Positions 18,099 to 27,080 of a DNA stretch of 46,894 nucleotides are shown in pieces. The notes below the pieces were generated by a model. It saw only the letters and a program-made list of their open reading frames with translations. It searched no databases and had not been told where the DNA came from. Position 1 is the stretch's first letter. The number at the start of each line of letters is the position of its first letter. Position numbers and translations under genes: made by a program. This stretch comes from Vulcanimicrobiota bacterium (lineage in GTDB: Bacteria > Vulcanimicrobiota > Vulcanimicrobiia > Vulcanimicrobiales > Vulcanimicrobiaceae), in assembly GCA_003135555.1 (NCBI GenBank), contig PLCF01000008.1, forward strand, positions 1 to 46,894, given 5' to 3'.

Positions 18099-19991
18099 CT
18101 AGCCGTTGAGGTCGACCACGATCTCGGTCGCCAGGGCGAGCACGAAGCCGGCACCGACCATCGACGCCGAACGGAAGCCGATCCCGGTCTTCTTGAGCAC
18201 GGCCCACAACTCGCCGATCACGTAGATCAACGCCCCGACCGCGGTCGCGAGAAACAGCGTCGAGAGCAGCGGTGAGGACAACGCATAGCCGACGATGGTG
18301 CCGATGAACGTCGGCCCGCCGGCGACGAGTCCGGCCAGCCCGAGCTGTTTCCAGGTCGGGACCGTGCCGCGCCCGGCCAGCGGCGCGGCGATCCCGAAGC
18401 CCTCGGTCGCGTTGTGGAGCGCGAAGCCGACGATCAGCCCCACCGCGACGACGGTAGCGCCGGCCGCGGCCGACGCGCCGATCGCGAGCCCTTCGGCGAA
18501 GTTGTGCGCGCCGATCCCGACCGCGATCATCATCGCCAGCGCGAGCGGGTTGTCGGCCACCTTCGCACCGTGCCGCGCGACCCGCGACGACGCGACCCCG
18601 AGACCGCCCAGCCCGAGCATCAAGCCCAGTACAAACACGACCGCCGACGCGACGGGCGCCGGCGCGCCGCCCTTCCAAGCGATCGCCCCCGAGGTGATCG
18701 GACGCAACGCGCCTTGCGCGATCTCGACGACCAGGTACGCCAGGATCCCGATCGCCAGCGCGTTGAGCAGGCCGATCGTGTGCGGCGACAAGTTGCGCGC
18801 ACGCGCCACGGGCAGCCCCAAGAAGATCGTCAGGCCGGCGAATGCGCCCAACAGAACCGTCGCGAGAAACGACAGCTTCCCGGGCCCCTGCGGGTTCGCC
18901 GGCGGCATCGCCATGTCGCGCATCGCGGCAAGCATCGCGCCGAACTTCTGCGGGGTTCCAGCGTAGTGCAGTGCCGTGATCAATCCCGACGGCATCCCTG
19001 CGGCGTCCTCGATGTGCGCCAGCACGTGGCACTGGAGCATCCACGTTCCGGGTATCGCGTTGGCCGGTACGATCACGTCGACGCGCTGCGACGGCAAGAG
19101 TGCGATGCTGTCCTCGCGCTGCGGGCGATCGAGCGGCCACGCATCGCGCGCGATCACGATCTGTTCGTGGCCGTGGATGTGCATTGTGTGCACTTCCTCG
19201 GCTGACATCGAGACGTAGCGGATGCGCACCCGCTCGCCGCGGCGCACCTCGAGCTGCGTGGTGTCCGGATACTCCTTCCCGTTGATCGTGTTGTCGGTCT
19301 CGTTGGTGGACTGCACCGGCCACGACGACACGAACAGCAGGTAGTCGCGGTCGGCGCGTTCTTCGGGTCGCGGCTGCGCCGGATGCACGATGATCGCGCC
19401 GTACAGCCCGGCATCGAGCGCGGCCTTGCGGTCGTGGGTGTGGTAGATGAACGTTCCGGGCTGGGTCGCGGTGAAGGCGTAGCGATAGCGGCCGTGCGGC
19501 GGAACGGGGTCCTGTTCCCAGCCGGCGACGCCGTCGGCGGCGGGCGGCGTGCCGTGGATCCCGTGGAGGTGGATCGTGTCGGGGGTGTCGAGCTCATTGC
19601 GATAGTCGATCACGACCCGGTCGCCCTCGCGCACGGCGATGACCGGCCCCGGGACCACCCCGTTGTAGGTGCGCGCCATCAGCGTCAGCCCGGCTTTGAG
19701 CGTCCATGGCGCGGGGCGCCCGACGATGTGGAAGATTTTCGTGCGACCGTGAACCTCGGGCACCGCGTCGTAGGCCCCGTCGGGGCGGCGGACGATCCGG
19801 GACTCCCCCGGGAACGGGGTTGCCTGCGGGAACGGCGGTCGCAACGGCTGCATCCCGACTTGGGCCGGGTTGACGGCCATCCCCGGCATGTCGTCGGCCG
19901 AGGCCTGTCCCGGGAGCGGCGCCAGGACGGCCCAACCCACGGCGAGGGCGAGGCCGAGCTTGTAGGCCAACCTCACGGCCGACGTAGGCAT
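18099..19991 (-). CDS. Two-domain multicopper oxidase fused to a ZIP (ZupT-like) metal transporter
   Basis: Signal peptide; HLHG, YHTH, HTMHIHGH and QCHVLAH copper motifs; then about 8 TM segments with HNFAEG and LHNATEG ZIP signatures, all in one ORF. Confidence 0.88.
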   Translation of the reverse strand: MPTSAVRLAYKLGLALAVGWAVLAPLPGQASADDMPGMAVNPAQVGMQPLRPPFPQATPFPGESRIVRRPDGAYDAVPEVHGRTKIFHIVGRPAPWTLKAGLTLMARTYNGVVPGPVIAVREGDRVVIDYRNELDTPDTIHLHGIHGTPPAADGVAGWEQDPVPPHGRYRYAFTATQPGTFIYHTHDRKAALDAGLYGAIIVHPAQPRPEERADRDYLLFVSSWPVQSTNETDNTINGKEYPDTTQLEVRRGERVRIRYVSMSAEEVHTMHIHGHEQIVIARDAWPLDRPQREDSIALLPSQRVDVIVPANAIPGTWMLQCHVLAHIEDAAGMPSGLITALHYAGTPQKFGAMLAAMRDMAMPPANPQGPGKLSFLATVLLGAFAGLTIFLGLPVARARNLSPHTIGLLNALAIGILAYLVVEIAQGALRPITSGAIAWKGGAPAPVASAVVFVLGLMLGLGGLGVASSRVARHGAKVADNPLALAMMIAVGIGAHNFAEGLAIGASAAAGATVVAVGLIVGFALHNATEGFGIAAPLAGRGTVPTWKQLGLAGLVAGGPTFIGTIVGYALSSPLLSTLFLATAVGALIYVIGELWAVLKKTGIGFRSASMVGAGFVLALATEIVVDLNG

Positions 19992-20040
19992 GCCTAACTG
20001 TTACGCGAAAGGCGGACCCGCGGCCTTCCGTGCGGCGGCG

Positions 20041-20931
20041 CTAGTCCTTGGCGAAGTAGTCGAGCGAGCTGTAACGGCCGGTCGCGAGCTTCTCGCGCTG
20101 CATGAGCAAGTCGTCGAGCAGCGCCGAGGCGCCGATGCGGAACAGGCCGGGCGACAACCACGGATCGCCCAGGGTCTCATCGAGCAGCACCAGGTAGGCG
20201 ATCGCGGCTTTGGTGTTGCGCACGCCTCCGGCGACCTTGAGGCCGCGCTGCTCGCCGGTGCGGCGCGCGAAGTCGCGCAGCGCTTCGGCCATCACCAGCG
20301 CGGTCGCGAGCGTCGCGGACGTCCCGATCTTGCCGGTCGAGGTCTTGATCACGTCGGCGCCGGCTTCGAGCGCGAGGTCGCTGGCGCGGCGCGTCGCGTC
20401 GTACGAGCCCAGCTCGCCGGTTTCCAGAATGACTTTGAGGTGGATCGGGCCGCACAACGTCTTGACCGCCGCGATCTCGGCGAAGACGTGGTTTTCGTCG
20501 CCGGCGAGAAACGCGCCGCGGTCGATCACCATGTCGATCTCGTCGGCGCCCGACGCCAGCGCTGCCTCGGTGTCGCGCAGCTTCACGTCCAGCGACGAGA
20601 GGCCGCTGGGGAACGCCGTTGCGACCGAGGCCACCAGCACGCCGGTCCCGAGCAGGGCCTGCTTGGCGACGGCGACGAGGTTGGGATAGACGCACACCGC
20701 TGCCACCCGCGGCGCGCCGGGTGCGGGATAGGCGGCCTTGGCGCACAGCGAACGAACGCGGCCCGGCGAGTCCCGGCCTTCGAGCGTGGTCAGGTCGATG
20801 CAGCGAATCGCCAAGTCGATCGCCGCGAGCTTGGCCTCGTTCTTGATCGAGCGTTTGGCGAAGCCCGCCGCGCGGGCTTCGAGCATCACCGCGTCGACCG
20901 TCGGCGACGCCGATGACAGGAGAAGGGGCAT
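20041..20931 (-). CDS. deoC: Deoxyribose-phosphate aldolase
   Basis: IDLTTLEG, AAVCVYP, GADEIDMVI, LKVILETGEL, IKTSTGK, FRIGAS. Confidence 0.95.
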   Translation of the reverse strand: MPLLLSSASPTVDAVMLEARAAGFAKRSIKNEAKLAAIDLAIRCIDLTTLEGRDSPGRVRSLCAKAAYPAPGAPRVAAVCVYPNLVAVAKQALLGTGVLVASVATAFPSGLSSLDVKLRDTEAALASGADEIDMVIDRGAFLAGDENHVFAEIAAVKTLCGPIHLKVILETGELGSYDATRRASDLALEAGADVIKTSTGKIGTSATLATALVMAEALRDFARRTGEQRGLKVAGGVRNTKAAIAYLVLLDETLGDPWLSPGLFRIGASALLDDLLMQREKLATGRYSSLDYFAKD

Positions 20932-20961
20932 GCCTCCGTACGTTCGAGAAAGTCGCGCTGC

Positions 20962-22128
20962 GTGACCTCGTACCGCCCGCCGCTCGACGGCATCCGCGTA
21001 CTGGAGCTCGGCTCGTCCGTCGCGGGCCCCGCCGCCGGACGGCTCCTGGCCGACCTCGGCGCGGAGGTGATCAAGGTCGAGAACGACGAGGGCGACGGGC
21101 TGCGCACCTGGGGGCCGCCGGCGCCCGACGGGACGTCGTGGTGGTTCAAGTCGCACAACCGCAACAAACGCTTCGTGCGCTTCGACCTCCACGCCGAGCC
21201 CGACCGCGCGACGGTGCGCGAGCTGGCCCTGCGCTGCGACGTGGTGCTTGAGAACTTTCGTCCCGGGCGGCTCGAGGCGTGGGGCTTGGGCTACGACGCG
21301 CTGCGAATTGACAACCCGCGGCTGGTGTACGCCTCGATCAGCGGCTACGGCCAAGACGGGCCGTACCGCGACCGCGCGGGCTTCGGCAACATCGCCGAGT
21401 CGATGAGCGGGCTGCGCTACGTGACGGGATTCGCCGATGCGCCGCCGGTGCGGGTCGGGATCTCGCTCGCCGACGAGCTGGCGGCACTGTACTGCGTCGT
21501 CGGAATCCAGGCCGCCCTGCTGGCGCGCGAGCGCGACGGGGTCGGCGACTACGTCGACGTCTCGTTGCTCGAAGCGTCGGTCGCGGTTACCCAGGGGATG
21601 CTGCCCGAGTACGATGCGCTGGGGGTGGTCCGCGAGCGCAGCGGCAATTCCCACGTCGCCGTCGCCCCCTCGAACATCTACCCGACCCGTGACGGACGGT
21701 GGATCGCGATCGGCGCGAACGCCAACTCGCTGTTCCGCCGTTTTGCGGACGCGATCGGCCGCCCGGAGCTGGCCGACGACCCGCGCTACCGCGGGAACCG
21801 CGAGCGCACCGAGCACGGGGCCGAGATCGACGCGATCGTCGCGCAGTGGACGCGCCTGCACGACGCGGCCGAAGCCGACGCGATCCTGGCTGCGGCGGGC
21901 GTCCCGGCCGGCCCGGTGAACTCGATCGCCGACATCGTCGCCGACGAACAGGTGCGCGCACGCGGCGTCGTCCGGCACCTCGAAGACGACGCCGGCAACC
22001 GGATCGCGACGACCGCGCCGGTGCCGCGCTTCCGGGTTCACCCGACGGTATCGCATCATGCCGCGCGCGCGGTCGGCGCCGACACCGCCGACGTCCTCGA
22101 CGAGCTGCGCATCGGAGGAGCGTCATAG
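20962..22128 (+). CDS. CaiB/BaiF class III CoA-transferase
   Basis: PLDGIRVLELG, LADLGAEVIKVE, RNKR, ENFRPG, SGYGQDGPY, SLAD. Confidence 0.92.
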   Translation: MTSYRPPLDGIRVLELGSSVAGPAAGRLLADLGAEVIKVENDEGDGLRTWGPPAPDGTSWWFKSHNRNKRFVRFDLHAEPDRATVRELALRCDVVLENFRPGRLEAWGLGYDALRIDNPRLVYASISGYGQDGPYRDRAGFGNIAESMSGLRYVTGFADAPPVRVGISLADELAALYCVVGIQAALLARERDGVGDYVDVSLLEASVAVTQGMLPEYDALGVVRERSGNSHVAVAPSNIYPTRDGRWIAIGANANSLFRRFADAIGRPELADDPRYRGNRERTEHGAEIDAIVAQWTRLHDAAEADAILAAAGVPAGPVNSIADIVADEQVRARGVVRHLEDDAGNRIATTAPVPRFRVHPTVSHHAARAVGADTADVLDELRIGGAS

Positions 22129-22913
22129 CGGCGATCATTGCGTTTCGCGCCGTCGCCAAGACGTTCGAGTCGGGGTACACCGCGCTGCGCGACGTCGAGT
22201 TCGAGGTCGAGCCGCAACGCTTCGTGGCGCTGGTAGGCCCGTCGGGCTGCGGAAAGTCCACGACGCTCGCGCTGGTCTCGGGGCTCGACCGCAGCTCCAG
22301 CGGCAGCGTCAGCGTGCGCGGCACGCCGGTCGACGGAATCACGCCGGGTTTGGGCTTCCTGTTCCAACGCGATGCCTTGTTGCCGTGGAAAACCGTCGCG
22401 GACAACGTGGCGCTGCCCTTGCAGCTGCGCGGCGTGAAGGGCGACGAGGCGCGCCGGCGGGTCGACGAGTGGGTGGGGCGCGTCGGGTTGCGCGGTTTCG
22501 AGGCGTCGTTCCCGTACCAGCTCTCGGGCGGGATGCGCAAGCGCGTCGCGCTGGCACAGACGCTGGTGTACGACCCCGAGATCCTGCTCATGGACGAACC
22601 GTTCTCCGCGCTCGACGTGCAGACGCGCAACCTGATGGAAGCGGAGCTGCTCGAGCTGTGGCAGGGCTCGGGCAAGACGGTGATCTTCGTGACCCACGAC
22701 CTCGAGGAAGCGATCGCGCTCGCGGATGAGGTGATCGTGATGACGGCCGGACCGGCCCGCGTCAAGGCGCGCTACGAGGTGACGCTCCCCCGTCCGCGCG
22801 ACATCGAGCAGGTGCGCTTCGATCAGCGCTTCACCGAGCTGTATTCCCGCATGTGGAACGACCTGCGCGACGAGGTCTTGAAGAGCTATGCGCGAGCAAC
22901 TACGGCCCCTTAA
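22125..22913 (+). CDS. ABC transporter ATP-binding protein (TauB/SsuB-like)
   Basis: [25 protein letters not shown]. Start uncertain; ATA 22125 inferred. Confidence 0.9.
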   Translation: MAAIIAFRAVAKTFESGYTALRDVEFEVEPQRFVALVGPSGCGKSTTLALVSGLDRSSSGSVSVRGTPVDGITPGLGFLFQRDALLPWKTVADNVALPLQLRGVKGDEARRRVDEWVGRVGLRGFEASFPYQLSGGMRKRVALAQTLVYDPEILLMDEPFSALDVQTRNLMEAELLELWQGSGKTVIFVTHDLEEAIALADEVIVMTAGPARVKARYEVTLPRPRDIEQVRFDQRFTELYSRMWNDLRDEVLKSYARATTAP

Positions 22914-23670
22914 CGCGTGGGTCGTGCTGGGCACGCAGCTCGCGCTGACCGTCCTGGCGCTCGCGCTGTGGGAATGGGGCGGCCGCGCGGGCTGGGTCGA
23001 CCGGGTGTTCTTCTCCAAGCCCACCGATATCGGCTTGCAGATCGGCGACTGGTGGCGGCACGGGTACATCGTCGAAGATGTCGTGGCCACGATGTCCGAG
23101 ACGATCGCCGGACTCATCGCCGGGTCGTTCGTGGGGATCGTCTTGGGCGTGCTGCTCGCGTCCAACCGCTTCTTGGGCGCCGTGTTCGAGCCGCTGCTGG
23201 TGCTGCTCAACTCGATCCCGCGGATCACGCTCGTGCCGCTGTTCATCCTGTGGTTCGGGTTCTCGTTTTCGTCCAAGCTCGTGAGCGCCATGGCGCTGGT
23301 GCTGTTCGTGGTGTTCTTCGCGACCTACGCCGGGATCAAGGACGTCGATCCGACGCTGGTCGCGAACGTCCGCGTGATGGGGGCGACGCGGCTCGACATC
23401 GTGCGGCACGTCCTGGTGCCGTCCGCCCTTTCGTGGATCTTCTCGTCGCTGCGCTCCGCCGTCGGCTTCGCGCTCATCGGCGCGGTCGTGGCGGAATACT
23501 TCGGCGCCAACGTCGGGGTCGGGTATCGCATCGTCAACTCCGAAGCGAGCTACAACACCGCCGGGGTCTTCGCCGGGCTGGTGATCCTCATGGTTCTCGT
23601 GGTCCTCGTCGACACGTTCATCCGCTGGCTCCAGCGACGCCTGATCGTCTGGAAGCCGGCCTCGCTCTGA
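22888..23670 (+). CDS. ABC transporter permease (TauC/SsuC-like)
   Basis: NSIPRITLVPLFILWFG, EAA-like loop VRVMGAT, GAVVAEY. Confidence 0.9.
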   Translation: MREQLRPLNAWVVLGTQLALTVLALALWEWGGRAGWVDRVFFSKPTDIGLQIGDWWRHGYIVEDVVATMSETIAGLIAGSFVGIVLGVLLASNRFLGAVFEPLLVLLNSIPRITLVPLFILWFGFSFSSKLVSAMALVLFVVFFATYAGIKDVDPTLVANVRVMGATRLDIVRHVLVPSALSWIFSSLRSAVGFALIGAVVAEYFGANVGVGYRIVNSEASYNTAGVFAGLVILMVLVVLVDTFIRWLQRRLIVWKPASL

Positions 23671-23684
23671 CAAAGGAGTCCCGC

Positions 23685-24725
23685 ATGACCGCCAGCCGCC
23701 GCACCTTCATCGCCAGCTCCGCCGCGCTGGGCGCAGCCGCCGTTTTCGGCGCGCCCACGATCATCGTCGCCGCAGCCCCCAAAGACAAGCTCACCGTCGC
23801 GGTTGGTGCGGAGCACTCGCTGGTGTACTTGCCGTGGGACATCGCCAAGGCGCTCGGGTATTTCGACGCCGAGGGACTCGACGTCACGATTTTCTACACC
23901 AAGGGCGGCACCGAAGCCGGTTTGGCGCTCATGTCGGGCAACGTCGACTACAGCGGCAACGCGATCGACCACGCCATCGCCGCCGCCGATCAGGGCAAGA
24001 GCCTGGTAATGATCTCGGATTTCATGGATCAACCCGGGATCACGTTCATCACCAAGCCCGAGAACAAGGGCAAGTACCCCAACGGCGCCGCGCTCAAAGG
24101 CAAGACCATCGGGATCACCTCGACGGGTTCGGCGACCGACGTAATCGCGCACTGGGCCGCCCATCGCAACGGCGTGGCGCGCGGCGACATCAAGACGGTC
24201 GGCGTCGGCGGCGGCTCGACGGTGATGGCCGCGATCGCGGGCGGCCAGGTCGACATCGCGCTGGCGACCGACCCGTACGCAACGCTGATGATCAGGCAGG
24301 GCCGGGCGATCCCCGTCGCCGAGCTCTTCACCGCCAAGGCGACGCGCGAGTGGCTCGGCTTCGGCTCCTGGTGTTTCACCGGCGGGCTGACGCGCGCCGA
24401 CGTCATCGCCAAGTACCCCGAGCGCACGCAGCGGGTCGTCAACGCGCTGGTGCGCGCGCAGAAGTTCATGGCGCAGAGCTCGGGCCAAAAGATCGCGGCG
24501 GCGCTGCCCGACGAGTTCCGCGGCGGTGCATCGCCGTCGGATTGGGCGTTAGCGTTCGGACATTCGCGGCCCGCGTTCACGACGCTGGGGCGCATCAACG
24601 TCGACGCGATCCGCAGCGTGATCGAGGCCAACGAGTTCTTCTTGGGCAAGCGCCTGAGCGCCGATCCCAACAAGCTCTACGACAACTCGTTCGTCGAGAA
24701 GGCCGCGCGCTCGGTGAAGGTCTAG
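23685..24725 (+). CDS. ABC substrate-binding protein (NMT1/SsuA-like) with Tat signal
   Basis: SRRTFI twin-arginine motif, GYFDAEGLDV, LKGKTIGIT. AAGGAG upstream. Confidence 0.88.
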   Translation: MTASRRTFIASSAALGAAAVFGAPTIIVAAAPKDKLTVAVGAEHSLVYLPWDIAKALGYFDAEGLDVTIFYTKGGTEAGLALMSGNVDYSGNAIDHAIAAADQGKSLVMISDFMDQPGITFITKPENKGKYPNGAALKGKTIGITSTGSATDVIAHWAAHRNGVARGDIKTVGVGGGSTVMAAIAGGQVDIALATDPYATLMIRQGRAIPVAELFTAKATREWLGFGSWCFTGGLTRADVIAKYPERTQRVVNALVRAQKFMAQSSGQKIAAALPDEFRGGASPSDWALAFGHSRPAFTTLGRINVDAIRSVIEANEFFLGKRLSADPNKLYDNSFVEKAARSVKV

Positions 24726-24737
24726 TGTGCTAGCGCG

Positions 24738-25896
<1,159 letters not shown>

Positions 25897-25904
<8 letters not shown>

Positions 25905-27012
25905 TGCCGCGCTTCGCCTGTTCCTGTTCGATCGACACGAACAGCGCTTTGAAGTTGCCCTTCCCGAACGACAGCGAGCCGCGGCGCTGGATGATCTCGA
26001 AGAAGAGGGTGGGGCGGTCCTGGAGCGGCTTGGTGAAGATCTGGAGCATATATCCCTTGTCATCCTTATCGACAAGAATGCTCAGCTCGCGTAGGACCGC
26101 GACGTCCTCCTCGATCGCCCCCACCCGCTCGCCTAGGGTCTCATAGTAGGAGTCCGGGGTCTCGAGGAGCTCGACCCCGTTGGCGCGCAGGGCCAGGACC
26201 GTGTCGACGATGTCGGTCGTGGCGATCGCCACGTGCTGGATCCCGGGGCCGCCGTAGAAGTCGAGGTACTCCTCGATCTGCGAGCGCCGCAGGCCCTCGG
26301 CCGGCTCGTTGATCGGCAGTTTCACCTTGCCCGACGGGCTCTGCATCACTTTGGAGCGCAGCGCCGTGTACTCCGTTGAGATGTCCTTGTCGTCGAATCC
26401 GATGAGCTGCGTGAACCCCAGCGCCTGGGCATAGTAGTCGCACCAGCGGTCCATCTCGCCCCAGCCGACGTTGCCGACGCAGTGATCGATGCGGGACAGC
26501 CCGACCGGGCGTGCCGGCGGCATGGTCGCCGTCAACGGCCGGTACCCCGGCAGCCAAGCGCCGCGATAGCGCGTGCGTTCGATCAAGGTGTGCACGGTGT
26601 CGCCGAAGGTCGCGATGCGCGCGACGACGGTGCGCCCGTCGTCGTCATCGGTTTCGGCCGGCTCGGCGAGCGGGCGCGCGCCGCCCGCGACCGCCGCGCG
26701 AAACGCGTCGCGCGCATCGGACGTGCGCAGCGCGACGTCACGCACGCCGTCACCGTGGCGCTTGACGTGATCGGCGATCGGCCCGTCGGCCAGCAGCGTC
26801 GACGTCAACACCAGCGTGAGGTCGTTCTGGCGCACCACGTAGGACGAGCGTCCCCGGATCCCGGTTTCAGGACCCGCATATGCGACCGGTTCGAAGCCGA
26901 ACGCGGTGCAGTAGTAGTGCGCGGCTTGCTTGGCGTTGCCGACCCAGAGCTCGAGGTGATCGAATTCCAGCGTCTCCAGCGCCGTCGATCGTCGCGGCGT
27001 CGTCGTGCTCAC
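25897..27012 (-). CDS. hppD: 4-hydroxyphenylpyruvate dioxygenase
   Basis: HGDGVRDVA, IDHCVGNV, SQIEEYL, GIQHVA, LQIFT, FFEIIQR, FGKGNFKALF. Confidence 0.95.
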
Positions 27013-27080
27013 TCACCTGCGAGGTTAGCCGGGCACGCCGCGTTCCCTCGTTAGCGAGCGCAGGCTCGCGGAGCGCGCTG

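Noticed and set aside
20041..22059. 672 aa extended deoC
   Set aside because: The extension is antisense to the CoA-transferase gene.
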